Assembly (NCBI GenBank): GCA_001695645.1
Contig: LVZN01000016.1
Coordinates: forward strand, 8,884 to 40,883
Reading direction: 5' to 3'
Origin: Erysipelotrichaceae bacterium MTC7
Lineage (GTDB): Bacteria > Bacillota_I > Bacilli_A > Erysipelotrichales > Erysipelotrichaceae
Length of the DNA: 32,000 nt
This document shows positions 25,460 to 32,000 of this stretch, piece by piece. The notes beneath the pieces were generated by a model. The model did not search any database, was not told the origin of the DNA, and was given only the letters and a program-made list of their open reading frames with translations. The first letter of the stretch is position 1; each line of letters opens with the position of its first letter. The position numbers and the translations under genes are program-made.

Positions 25460-26773
25460 ATGAAAAAGGTACTTGTTATTGGTGCAGCGCGTAGTGGTAT
25501 TGCAGTCAGTAAACTTTTATGCAAGGAAAACTACGAGGTGATTATTACCGATCAAAATACAATTGCAAAAAAAGCGGAACTTGAAAAAATGGGAATCAAA
25601 GTATTTGATGGTGGACATCCTGAATCTTTGAAAGATGAAACCTATGATTTTATTGTAAAGAATCCTGGGATTCCTTATCATGTTCCTTTTGTTGCTTATT
25701 TTGTAGAGAAGAAAGTACCCATCTATACAGAAATTGAAGTTGGTTATCGTTTAGCCCCTGCCTTTACCTATGGAGCAATTACAGGAACAAATGGGAAAAC
25801 CACAACCGTGAGCATGCTTTATGAAATTTTAAAGGCACATGGTAGCAGTTACGTTGCTGGTAACATTGGAATTCCATTAAGTGAGGTAGTCTTACAACAT
25901 GGTAATGAAAAAGCAAACATTGCATTGGAACTAAGTAACTTCCAACTCTTGGGTATTGATACCTTTAAGGCAAAAGTTAGTTGTGTAACCAATTTAACAC
26001 CAGATCACTTAGATTACATGGATGGTGTGGATGCATATTACGAAAGCAAGATGCGTATATTTAAGAACGCCGATCCGGATGCATTCTTTCTACGAAATCT
26101 TGATGATGAAAATGTTATCAAATATGCAAAGGATATCCCTTGTCGTGTGTTGGATTATTCATTACATCAAAAAGCTGACATATACATACAGGATGATATC
26201 GTGTACTATCATGATATCCAACTCTTTGATACAAAAAAATTACAAGTTGTGGGGGCTCATAACATTAGCAATGCGATGGTGGCTAGCACGATGGCCTACC
26301 TTATGGGTGTACAACCAGCAACAATTCAAAACGTATTGACTTCATTTACTGGAGTTGAACACCGTTTGGAATATGTAGCAAGTAAACATGACATTCGTTT
26401 CTTTAACGATTCAAAGGCAACCAACCCTGAAGCGGTTGTACCTGCGTTAGAAGCATTTCCTAAGAATATTATTCTGTTAGCTGGTGGTTATGATAAAAAA
26501 CTTCCATTTGATATCTTAAAGACTTATGATGAACGTGTTAAAATGTGCTTTAGTTTTGGACAAACAAAAGATGCATTTAAAGATATTTTTACGCATAATA
26601 TTGCATGTCAAACAATGGAAGAGGCATTGCGTGATGCGTATACACTTGCAAAACCTGGTGATGTTATTTTGTTATCACCTGCCTGTGCAAGTTATGATCA
26701 ATTCAAATCATATGAAGAACGTGGGGAACTTTTTAAAGTTTACGTTCATGAAATGTTAGGAGAAGAAGAATGA
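25460..26773 (+). CDS. murD: UDP-N-acetylmuramoylalanine--D-glutamate ligase MurD
   Basis: N-terminal Rossmann-like GAARSG, Mur ligase P-loop GITGTNGKTTT, DHLDY, and C-terminal domain (LLSPACASYDQF). Confidence 0.92.
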   Translation: MKKVLVIGAARSGIAVSKLLCKENYEVIITDQNTIAKKAELEKMGIKVFDGGHPESLKDETYDFIVKNPGIPYHVPFVAYFVEKKVPIYTEIEVGYRLAPAFTYGAITGTNGKTTTVSMLYEILKAHGSSYVAGNIGIPLSEVVLQHGNEKANIALELSNFQLLGIDTFKAKVSCVTNLTPDHLDYMDGVDAYYESKMRIFKNADPDAFFLRNLDDENVIKYAKDIPCRVLDYSLHQKADIYIQDDIVYYHDIQLFDTKKLQVVGAHNISNAMVASTMAYLMGVQPATIQNVLTSFTGVEHRLEYVASKHDIRFFNDSKATNPEAVVPALEAFPKNIILLAGGYDKKLPFDILKTYDERVKMCFSFGQTKDAFKDIFTHNIACQTMEEALRDAYTLAKPGDVILLSPACASYDQFKSYEERGELFKVYVHEMLGEEE

Positions 26774-27582
26774 ATATAGTAGTTGAAATTTTAAAGGCCA
26801 TCATTCTTGGAATTATTCAAGGAATTACAGAGTGGTTACCAATCAGTAGTACCGGGCACTTAATATTGTTTGAACAAATTATGCCATTTGGTGATCCAAA
26901 GTTCTTTGAACTATTTAAAGTGATTATCCAGTTCGGTTCAATTTTAGCGGTGTGTATTCTTTATTTTAATCGCTTGAATCCATTATCAAGTAAAAAGAAT
27001 GAAGCACAAAAAAAGATGACTTGGGACCTATGGCTAAAAATCATCATCGGTTGTATTCCTGGGGGAATCGCAGGTGTGTTCTTAGATGACATTATTGAAG
27101 ATATTCTTAGTGGAGTCATCGTAATTGCAGTAGCTTTAATTTTCTATGGGATTCTCTTTATTCTTATCGAAAATCGCAAACGTTTGCCAAAATACACGAA
27201 ACTTGAAGATCTTGATTACAAAACAGCATTTGGTATTGGTTGTTTTCAAATGTTAGCGCTTGTTCCTGGAACAAGTCGTTCTGGATCAACTATTATTGGA
27301 GCAACGTTATTGGGTTGTTCACGTTCAGTAGCAAGTGAATTTTCGTTCTTCTTGGCTGTACCGATGATGGCGGGAGCAAGTTTATTGAAGTTATTGAAGA
27401 TTGGGTTGGCCTTCAGTGGTCTACAGATTGCGATGTTAATTGTAGGAACGCTTGTATCTTTTATTGTAAGTATTTTTGCCATTCGTTTCTTATTGAATTA
27501 CATTCGTAAACACGATTTCAAAATTTTTGGCTACTACAGAATTGTACTTGGTATCATCATCCTGGCATTCATGTTATTTTAA
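26770..27582 (+). CDS. uppP: Undecaprenyl-diphosphatase UppP (BacA)
   Basis: GIIQGITEWLPISSTGHL and PGTSRSGSTI motifs in a polytopic membrane protein. The start overlaps the murD stop (ATGA, 26770-26773). Confidence 0.9.
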   Translation: MNIVVEILKAIILGIIQGITEWLPISSTGHLILFEQIMPFGDPKFFELFKVIIQFGSILAVCILYFNRLNPLSSKKNEAQKKMTWDLWLKIIIGCIPGGIAGVFLDDIIEDILSGVIVIAVALIFYGILFILIENRKRLPKYTKLEDLDYKTAFGIGCFQMLALVPGTSRSGSTIIGATLLGCSRSVASEFSFFLAVPMMAGASLLKLLKIGLAFSGLQIAMLIVGTLVSFIVSIFAIRFLLNYIRKHDFKIFGYYRIVLGIIILAFMLF

Positions 27583-27610
27583 AGGGCACGTTGTGTCCTT
27601 TTCTTTTTCA
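27581..27610 (+). terminator. Rho-independent terminator ending the dcw-uppP unit
   Basis: Stem AGGGCAC / GTGTCCT (one G-U pair), 3-nt loop, then TTTTCTTTTTC. Confidence 0.6.
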
Positions 27611-27628
27611 TTTGTGTAAAATAGATGT

Positions 27629-28342
27629 ATGTATACATTTGAACATCCGTTGCAAGAAGCAAGGATTGTCGAAAAAAAGAATCGGTTTTTGTTTGTGATT
27701 GCCATTCATGGACAAGAAGTGTTGTGTCATATTCCTGCAACCACACGCATTGGTGGTTATCGCTTTGAAGGTGCACCTTGTTTAGTGAGCTATCATGCAA
27801 CCGTGACAAGGAAAAGTGCATATACATGTGAAGCAATCTGGTTTGATGGGCAATATGTTGGAATCAACCAAAGTTTGATGAACGATGTGGTGCATTACTA
27901 TTTACAACAAGGACAATTTCGCGACATGATTGACTATCAAATACTAAAGCGTGAAGTTGTTTTGCATCATTCACGCATTGATTTTTGTTTGGATGAGACG
28001 TACCTGGAGGTAAAAATGCCTTTGGTTGTCTTGCAACTAGAGAGTACATACCCTAAGCAAAAGCAAGCTGCATTTGATGGTGTTGACCGACTGCTTAAAC
28101 AATTACACGATTTGAAACAAGCATTGCTTGATGGAAAAAAGGTGATTTTGCTAACGTGTTTTGTTTATGATGCGATTGGTTTTGTTCCTGGACTCACCAG
28201 CAAGCGTAAACAAGAAGTGTATGAGTTGTATGTGGAATTGTTGGCTTTAGGATTGCAGCTATGGCAAGCAACATTTAGCATCGATGCAATAGGCATCCGT
28301 TTGATGACAGTAAAAAACGTGCATATACCTTTGTTGGTATAA
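27629..28342 (+). CDS. sfsA: SfsA-like protein (sugar fermentation stimulation protein family), divergent
   Basis: N-terminal OB-like region with KKNRFLF, ..CHIPATTR.., then SRIDF...YLEVK, which matches the PD-(D/E)xK-like core of SfsA. The region after EVK diverges from E. coli SfsA. Confidence 0.65.
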   Translation: MYTFEHPLQEARIVEKKNRFLFVIAIHGQEVLCHIPATTRIGGYRFEGAPCLVSYHATVTRKSAYTCEAIWFDGQYVGINQSLMNDVVHYYLQQGQFRDMIDYQILKREVVLHHSRIDFCLDETYLEVKMPLVVLQLESTYPKQKQAAFDGVDRLLKQLHDLKQALLDGKKVILLTCFVYDAIGFVPGLTSKRKQEVYELYVELLALGLQLWQATFSIDAIGIRLMTVKNVHIPLLV

Positions 28343-28351
28343 TGCACGTTT
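28315..28351. terminator. Bidirectional intrinsic terminator shared by the convergent sfsA-like gene and trpS
   Basis: AAACGTGCAT (28315-28324) pairs with ATGCACGTTT (28342-28351). An inner ATACC/GGTAT pairing gives about 15 bp in total. A6 lies upstream and a T-rich run downstream, so a U-tract follows the hairpin on either strand. It overlaps the last ~9 codons of the sfsA-like gene; only 13 nt separate the two stop codons. Confidence 0.65.
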
Positions 28352-28355
28352 CTTC

Positions 28356-29342
28356 TTAAAATAATTGAAATCCAAGTTTCTTTTTGACTTTACGCATTTT
28401 TTTGAATGCAATTGTTCCAGCGTTTTTAGCACCTTGTTCAAGTACGTTTTCGATTTCACCGCTTTGTAGGATCGCACGATACTTTTCTTGTAAGTCACTT
28501 AAGAATGCTTCCACGGTATCTCCGACGTATCCTTTAAAGTCTCCATATCCTTTTCCTTCGAATTTAGCAACAAGTTCATCAATGGATTCACCAGACAGAG
28601 AACTTTGAATGGTTAGTAAGTTTGAGACTCCAGGTTGATTTTCTACATCATATTGTACAACACCGATTGAATCTGTCACCGCTGACATAATTTTCTTACG
28701 TGCAACTTTTGGTTCATCTAATAAGTAGATACAAGCTTTAGGGTTCTCATCACTCTTTGACATTTTCTTTTCTGGATTTTGAAGAGACATAATTTTTGCC
28801 CCTATTTTAGCAGTCACTGGTTCAGGAACGACGAATGTTTCTCCATATAAGTTATTGAAACGTTGAGCTAAATCACGTGTTAATTCCACGTGTTGTTTTT
28901 GGTCAACACCTACAGGTACAACATCTGCATCATACAATAATATATCTGCAGCCATAAGTGAAGGATACGTATAAAGACCTGCACTAATATTTGTTTCTTT
29001 CTTTGCGGTTTTGTCTTTGAATTGTGTCATTCGATTTAATTCACCCATGTAGGTATGACAATTTAAAATCCAGCCAAGTTCTGCATGTTGTACAACATCG
29101 CTTTGGACAAACAAGTTCACTTTGTTTGGATCAAGACCGAACGCCAAATATAATGCGACCAAATCTTTCGTGTTTGCTTTTAATTTTTTGGGGTCTTGTG
29201 CCACAGTGATGGCATGCATGTTTGCAATAAAGATAAACATTTCATATGTATCTTGTAGTTCAACGAATTGACGGATTGCTCCAATATAGTTTCCTAATGT
29301 CAATTGTCCTGATGGTTGTATTCCACTCAAACATCTTTTCAT
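28356..29342 (-). CDS. trpS: Tryptophan--tRNA ligase
   Basis: Class I motifs GIQPSGQLTLGNYIG (HIGH region variant) and KMSKS verbatim. I prefer ATG at 29342 (SD AGGAGG 7-8 nt upstream on the minus strand). The tracked start at 29402 would read through the T-box terminator. Confidence 0.93.
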   Translation of the reverse strand: MKRCLSGIQPSGQLTLGNYIGAIRQFVELQDTYEMFIFIANMHAITVAQDPKKLKANTKDLVALYLAFGLDPNKVNLFVQSDVVQHAELGWILNCHTYMGELNRMTQFKDKTAKKETNISAGLYTYPSLMAADILLYDADVVPVGVDQKQHVELTRDLAQRFNNLYGETFVVPEPVTAKIGAKIMSLQNPEKKMSKSDENPKACIYLLDEPKVARKKIMSAVTDSIGVVQYDVENQPGVSNLLTIQSSLSGESIDELVAKFEGKGYGDFKGYVGDTVEAFLSDLQEKYRAILQSGEIENVLEQGAKNAGTIAFKKMRKVKKKLGFQLF

Positions 29343-29590
29343 AATCTTTCTTTTCCTCCTGGTAATCACATAAAAACGTCCCAACAATATGTTGGGACGC
29401 ATGTTTTTTTCATACGCGGTACCACCCGACTTATTCTATAGATCCATAGAATCACTTCATGATAACGGGATGACCGGCTGACGCTTAGCTCCACAAACCC
29501 AATTCAATATCATGTGATGTTTACCTTGCAGCGACCGGCAAATCTCTTTTGTCATACAGGATATCTACTATCTTTGCTTCTTTGCTATCT
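29343..29590 (-). promoter_or_regulatory. T-box riboswitch leader for trpS
   Basis: Read on the minus strand. AGAGA box (around 29545); T-box core GGGTGGTACCGCG (29427-29415). Terminator GCGTCCCAAC / GTTGGGACG (29400-29377) followed by U5. Alternative antiterminator pairing (GGG..CCC and CGC..GCG flanking a UGGUAC bulge). Candidate specifier UGG followed by A at 29493-29490. Confidence 0.88.
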
Positions 29591-30899
29591 CGTATATTAT
29601 AACACCGATTATTATAAATAGAAACGATACAATGACGTAAATTTTTATCATTGGTGAAAGAATTGCACCAGAGATGACTATCAGTGCTCCCATACATGCG
29701 AACACTGGACAAATCAAGCCACGAAATACACCACGTACTTCTTTTAAGATATATTTATGAATCACACTAACAAAAAGAATAAGATAAATAAGATACATCA
29801 TAAAGATTGGGATACTAGAGATATCAATACTTGAAAATGCTGGAATTTTTGTTGTTAGAAAATGAGCAAACATCCAAGCACCGGTAATCACCATCATTAA
29901 GATTGTTGAACGTGTTGGAATGTTGGTCTTTGCATTCACTTTTACATATTGTTCGCTGTGGGGAAGTTCTTTACGAATGGCAAGTGCATAGGGAACACGA
30001 ATAGCGGCAAGTGTTAAACCGTTTACGGTTCCAAGGACAGAGATGATGATTGCAACTAACACAAACTTACTACCGTTTTCACCGAACAGTTGAACGCTTG
30101 CAAGCTGTACGTGGTTGTCACCAAGTGCCATGATTTTATCGGGACCAAGAATACTAGACATTCCAACGAAGTAAATGAGATAGATCATCATGATGATGAT
30201 AGGTGAAATGGCAAGTGCCAAAGAAAGATTTCGTTTCGCATTTTTAATTTCATGGGCAACAGCAGGTGCAACGGTCCATCCATCATATGAAAATGCAACT
30301 GCAACGATAGCACTACTGGATGCAACAACGCCAGCCATCGAAAATGTGTCAGACTGCAAAGCGTGCACATGTCCATAGCGAATACCAAGATATCCGATGA
30401 TGACAAGTGGAAGAATCTTAATTACTGTAGAAATGTTTTGGAAATAACTTGCAAGCCTTGCAGAAAGATAGTTGATTGCAAATGTGCCAAAGAAATAAAG
30501 TAAGGTAATCACCCATATATTCAAGTTGGCATCCTCAAATAACATACATGTATAATTTGCAGCTACATAGAGAATGACTCCAAGCAAGGCGGGGAAGTAG
30601 ATACCCATTTGATAAAAACCAGCAAAGTAAGCGAAGCGTTTTCCAAAAGCGATTTCACAATAGGTGATTAAACCACCAGTTTTTTCGCTTTTCTCGGAGA
30701 GCTTGGAAAGTGTGAGTCCACCAAAGATGATTCCGATTGCACCAATGACAAGTGCGATTGCACCATAGAGAACACTTCCGTTTGTGTCCAGTAGAATATC
30801 ATCGGTTTTAAAGAAAATTCCAGATCCGATCACAATCCCAACAATCATACTGATTGCAGTAGGTAGACCAAACTGTTTCTTCATTGTTTTGTTTTCCAT
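29568..30899 (-). CDS. Amino acid permease (APC superfamily)
   Basis: About 12 predicted TM helices, N-terminal IGSGIFF motif typical of APC transporters, SD GGAGGG upstream. Substrate cannot be assigned. Confidence 0.8.
   Translation of the reverse strand: MENKTMKKQFGLPTAISMIVGIVIGSGIFFKTDDILLDTNGSVLYGAIALVIGAIGIIFGGLTLSKLSEKSEKTGGLITYCEIAFGKRFAYFAGFYQMGIYFPALLGVILYVAANYTCMLFEDANLNIWVITLLYFFGTFAINYLSARLASYFQNISTVIKILPLVIIGYLGIRYGHVHALQSDTFSMAGVVASSSAIVAVAFSYDGWTVAPAVAHEIKNAKRNLSLALAISPIIIMMIYLIYFVGMSSILGPDKIMALGDNHVQLASVQLFGENGSKFVLVAIIISVLGTVNGLTLAAIRVPYALAIRKELPHSEQYVKVNAKTNIPTRSTILMMVITGAWMFAHFLTTKIPAFSSIDISSIPIFMMYLIYLILFVSVIHKYILKEVRGVFRGLICPVFACMGALIVISGAILSPMIKIYVIVSFLFIIIGVIIYEIAKKQR
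29596..29604 (-). promoter_or_regulatory. Candidate extended -10 promoter for the T-box leader, inside the 3' end of the permease CDS
   Basis: The minus strand reads TGtTATAAT (29604-29596), about 25 nt upstream of the permease stop codon (29570-29568). The -35 is weak. Confidence 0.4.
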
Positions 30900-31053
30900 T
30901 ATATACCCTCCAAAATCTTCGTTGTGATTGTAACTAAAAAAAGAGGCGAAGTAAATATAAAATAATCTTTTTATAATTATCGTAAGAATTCTTTGCGTAT
31001 ATCGCTTGTTATTCAGCTATGTATATAAGGATGAAAAGTTTTATAAAATTATC

Positions 31054-31103
31054 TTGAACTTATGATTCTTTCGCTCTATACTTTGAATACAGTTTGGTAT
31101 ACT
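31054..31103 (+). promoter_or_regulatory. Candidate tandem promoters for the spx-like gene
   Basis: TTGAAC (31054-31059), 17-nt spacer, TATACT (31077-31082). A second extended -10, TGgTATACT, lies at 31095-31103. Confidence 0.5.
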
Positions 31104-31143
31104 ATATTTGTAGAGAAACTATTATAAGGAAAGGAAACTTATT

Positions 31144-31602
31144 ATGATTATATTATATTCATCTCCAGGATGTGCATCTTGTCGTAAAGCAAAGCGCTGG
31201 TTACAAGAACGCAACCTTGATTTTGTTGAGAAAAATTTATTTGCAACAATTCTTAAAGCTGATGAAATTAAATACTTACTAAGTCGTAGTGATAACGGAA
31301 CGGAGGATTTAATTAGTACGCGTTCTCGCCCCTATCAAGAACTTGGTAAAGATTTAGATGAAATGAGTATGGAGGAAACGATTCGTTTCGTTCAACAAAA
31401 CCCTTCAGTGATGAAACGCCCAATCATCATTAACGAAGATAACTTCCTCGTAGGTTATGATGATGATGAAATTACAGCGTTTGTACCAAAAGAATTACGA
31501 AATGTTGCAGACTGTGGATGTAACTCTTCTTGTCCGAACTTTCCAATTTGTGGATCGCTTCGCAAAGAAGACAGTCAAGATTATGTTGGAAAAGGTGCTT
31601 AG
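31144..31602 (+). CDS. spx: Spx/ArsC-family redox regulator with an extended Cys-rich C-terminus
   Basis: The N-terminus MIILYSSPGCASCRKAKRWL carries CxxC at residues 10-13. It is colinear with B. subtilis Spx through ..GYDDDEITAFVPKELR. A 33-aa tail NVADCGCNSSCPNFPICGSLRKEDSQDYVGKGA then replaces the short Spx tail. Confidence 0.85.
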   Translation: MIILYSSPGCASCRKAKRWLQERNLDFVEKNLFATILKADEIKYLLSRSDNGTEDLISTRSRPYQELGKDLDEMSMEETIRFVQQNPSVMKRPIIINEDNFLVGYDDDEITAFVPKELRNVADCGCNSSCPNFPICGSLRKEDSQDYVGKGA

Positions 31603-31615
31603 GCACCTTTTTTTG
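31591..31615 (+). terminator. Rho-independent terminator overlapping the spx stop codon
   Basis: Stem AAAGGTGC (31591-31598) / GCACCTTT (31603-31610). The loop TTAG contains the stop codon. A T-run follows. Confidence 0.8.
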
Positions 31616-31674
31616 GTGTAAATGACTGCTTTTTCAAGAAATGTAAGAAAGTTTTCGAAAGTGAAAATAACTTG

Positions 31675-31703
31675 TTGACATGCCTTTGTCAAAATGATAT
31701 TAT
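31675..31703 (+). promoter_or_regulatory. Near-consensus sigma-A promoter P1 (probable rRNA operon promoter)
   Basis: TTGACA (31675-31680), 17-nt spacer, TATTAT (31698-31703). An A-rich UP-like tract lies upstream (GTGAAAATAAC). Confidence 0.7.
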
Positions 31704-31786
31704 TTCAAAGTTGCTGCTGGCAAAACAGAGGAAAATCGGGTTCAAAAAGTTCCTGAAAATAACTTCAAGAAGTTATGAAAAATCTG

Positions 31787-31815
31787 TTGACACAGCACAA
31801 TGCAAATGGTAATAT
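31787..31815 (+). promoter_or_regulatory. Near-consensus sigma-A promoter P2 (probable rRNA operon promoter)
   Basis: TTGACA (31787-31792), 17-nt spacer ending in TGg, TAATAT (31810-31815). ATGAAAAATC lies upstream. Confidence 0.7.
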
Positions 31816-31889
31816 CAATAAGGCTCAAGCGAGTGATATGAAACAAATGAAAAACACGATAAAAACTTACAAAAAGTTGAAAAAAGTGT

Positions 31890-31918
31890 TTGACATAGCT
31901 ATGCTAGAGTGGTATTAT
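31890..31918 (+). promoter_or_regulatory. Near-consensus sigma-A promoter P3 (probable rRNA operon promoter)
   Basis: TTGACA (31890-31895), 17-nt spacer ending in TGg, TATTAT (31913-31918). GTTGAAAAAAGTG lies upstream. No ORF follows before the window ends. Confidence 0.7.
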
Positions 31919-32000
31919 TAACAGGCACGGTTGAGAAACTGATGCTAAAAAAGAAGTGATTAGATCTTTTAAAACTGAATAGGAAACGTCAATTTCGAAA

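Noticed and set aside
26022-26339. Same-strand alternative-frame ORFs inside murD (26022..26339 and 26526..26759) and inside the second ABC gene (10418..10615 and 10939..11139).
   Set aside because: They overlap well-supported CDSs out of frame. They have no ribosome-binding sites, and their products are Trp/Cys/Met-rich and look like nonsense. No slippery sequence or other frameshift signal is evident.
29343-29402. The tracked 20-codon N-terminal extension of trpS (MRPNILLGRFYVITRRKRKI).
   Set aside because: It would be translated through the T-box terminator hairpin and lacks an SD. The internal ATG at 29342 has AGGAGG upstream and yields the canonical TrpRS N-terminus (MKRCLSGIQPSG).
29498-29506. 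GAA-UUG-G in the T-box stem I region (minus strand, approximate coordinates) as an alternative (Leu) specifier.
   Set aside because: In my hand fold it lies in the distal part of stem I rather than in the 3'-side internal loop next to the basal helix. The regulated gene is trpS, and a UGG-A is available in the expected position. Only a covariance-model alignment can settle this.
1-32000. A screen of the whole window for CRISPR arrays, IS elements and transposases, integrases, phage genes, restriction-modification or other defence genes, tRNA and rRNA genes, and long direct or inverted repeats.
   Set aside because: None found by eye. Every large ORF has a housekeeping assignment, and the intergenic regions are short and explained by promoters, terminators and leaders. 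The only repeated coding sequence is the diverged 129-aa paralog pair. I therefore cannot support a claim of a novel multi-gene system here.

Overview
AT-rich, gene-dense chromosomal segment from a low-GC Gram-positive (Bacillota-type) bacterium. A PolC-type replicase, a T-box leader, Spx, a PASTA-domain PBP and a MraZ-led dcw cluster all point that way; finer taxonomy cannot be fixed from this window. Content in order: the 3' end of an Mgl-type sugar ABC operon (mglC, an untracked 55-aa membrane ORF, a 129-aa unknown); a DbpA/YxiN-type DEAD-box helicase; an orphan MglB-like sugar-binding lipoprotein followed by a second copy of the 129-aa unknown; rmuC; an untracked 51-aa membrane ORF; a MarR regulator with a heterodimeric ABC exporter pair; a promoter-to-terminator RNA unit; recG; rnc; a DacA-like carboxypeptidase; polC; a short dcw cluster (mraZ-rsmH-ftsL-pbp2B-mraY-murD) ending in uppP; an sfsA-like gene; a convergent trpS with a T-box leader; an APC amino-acid permease; an spx-like gene; and three tandem near-consensus promoters that probably drive an rRNA operon starting just beyond base 32000. 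I see no mobile element, CRISPR array, defence island, integrase or other convincing novel multi-gene system, so the window reads as core housekeeping. The best leads are small: two diverged copies of the uncharacterised 129-aa protein, each next to an Mgl component; two unannotated small membrane proteins; an unclassified structured RNA upstream of recG, which itself looks leaderless; an Spx homologue with a Cys-rich C-terminal tail; and an ABC exporter subunit with a large extracytoplasmic insertion. All coordinates, motif calls and identity counts were made by eye from the sequence. Nothing was searched against a database.
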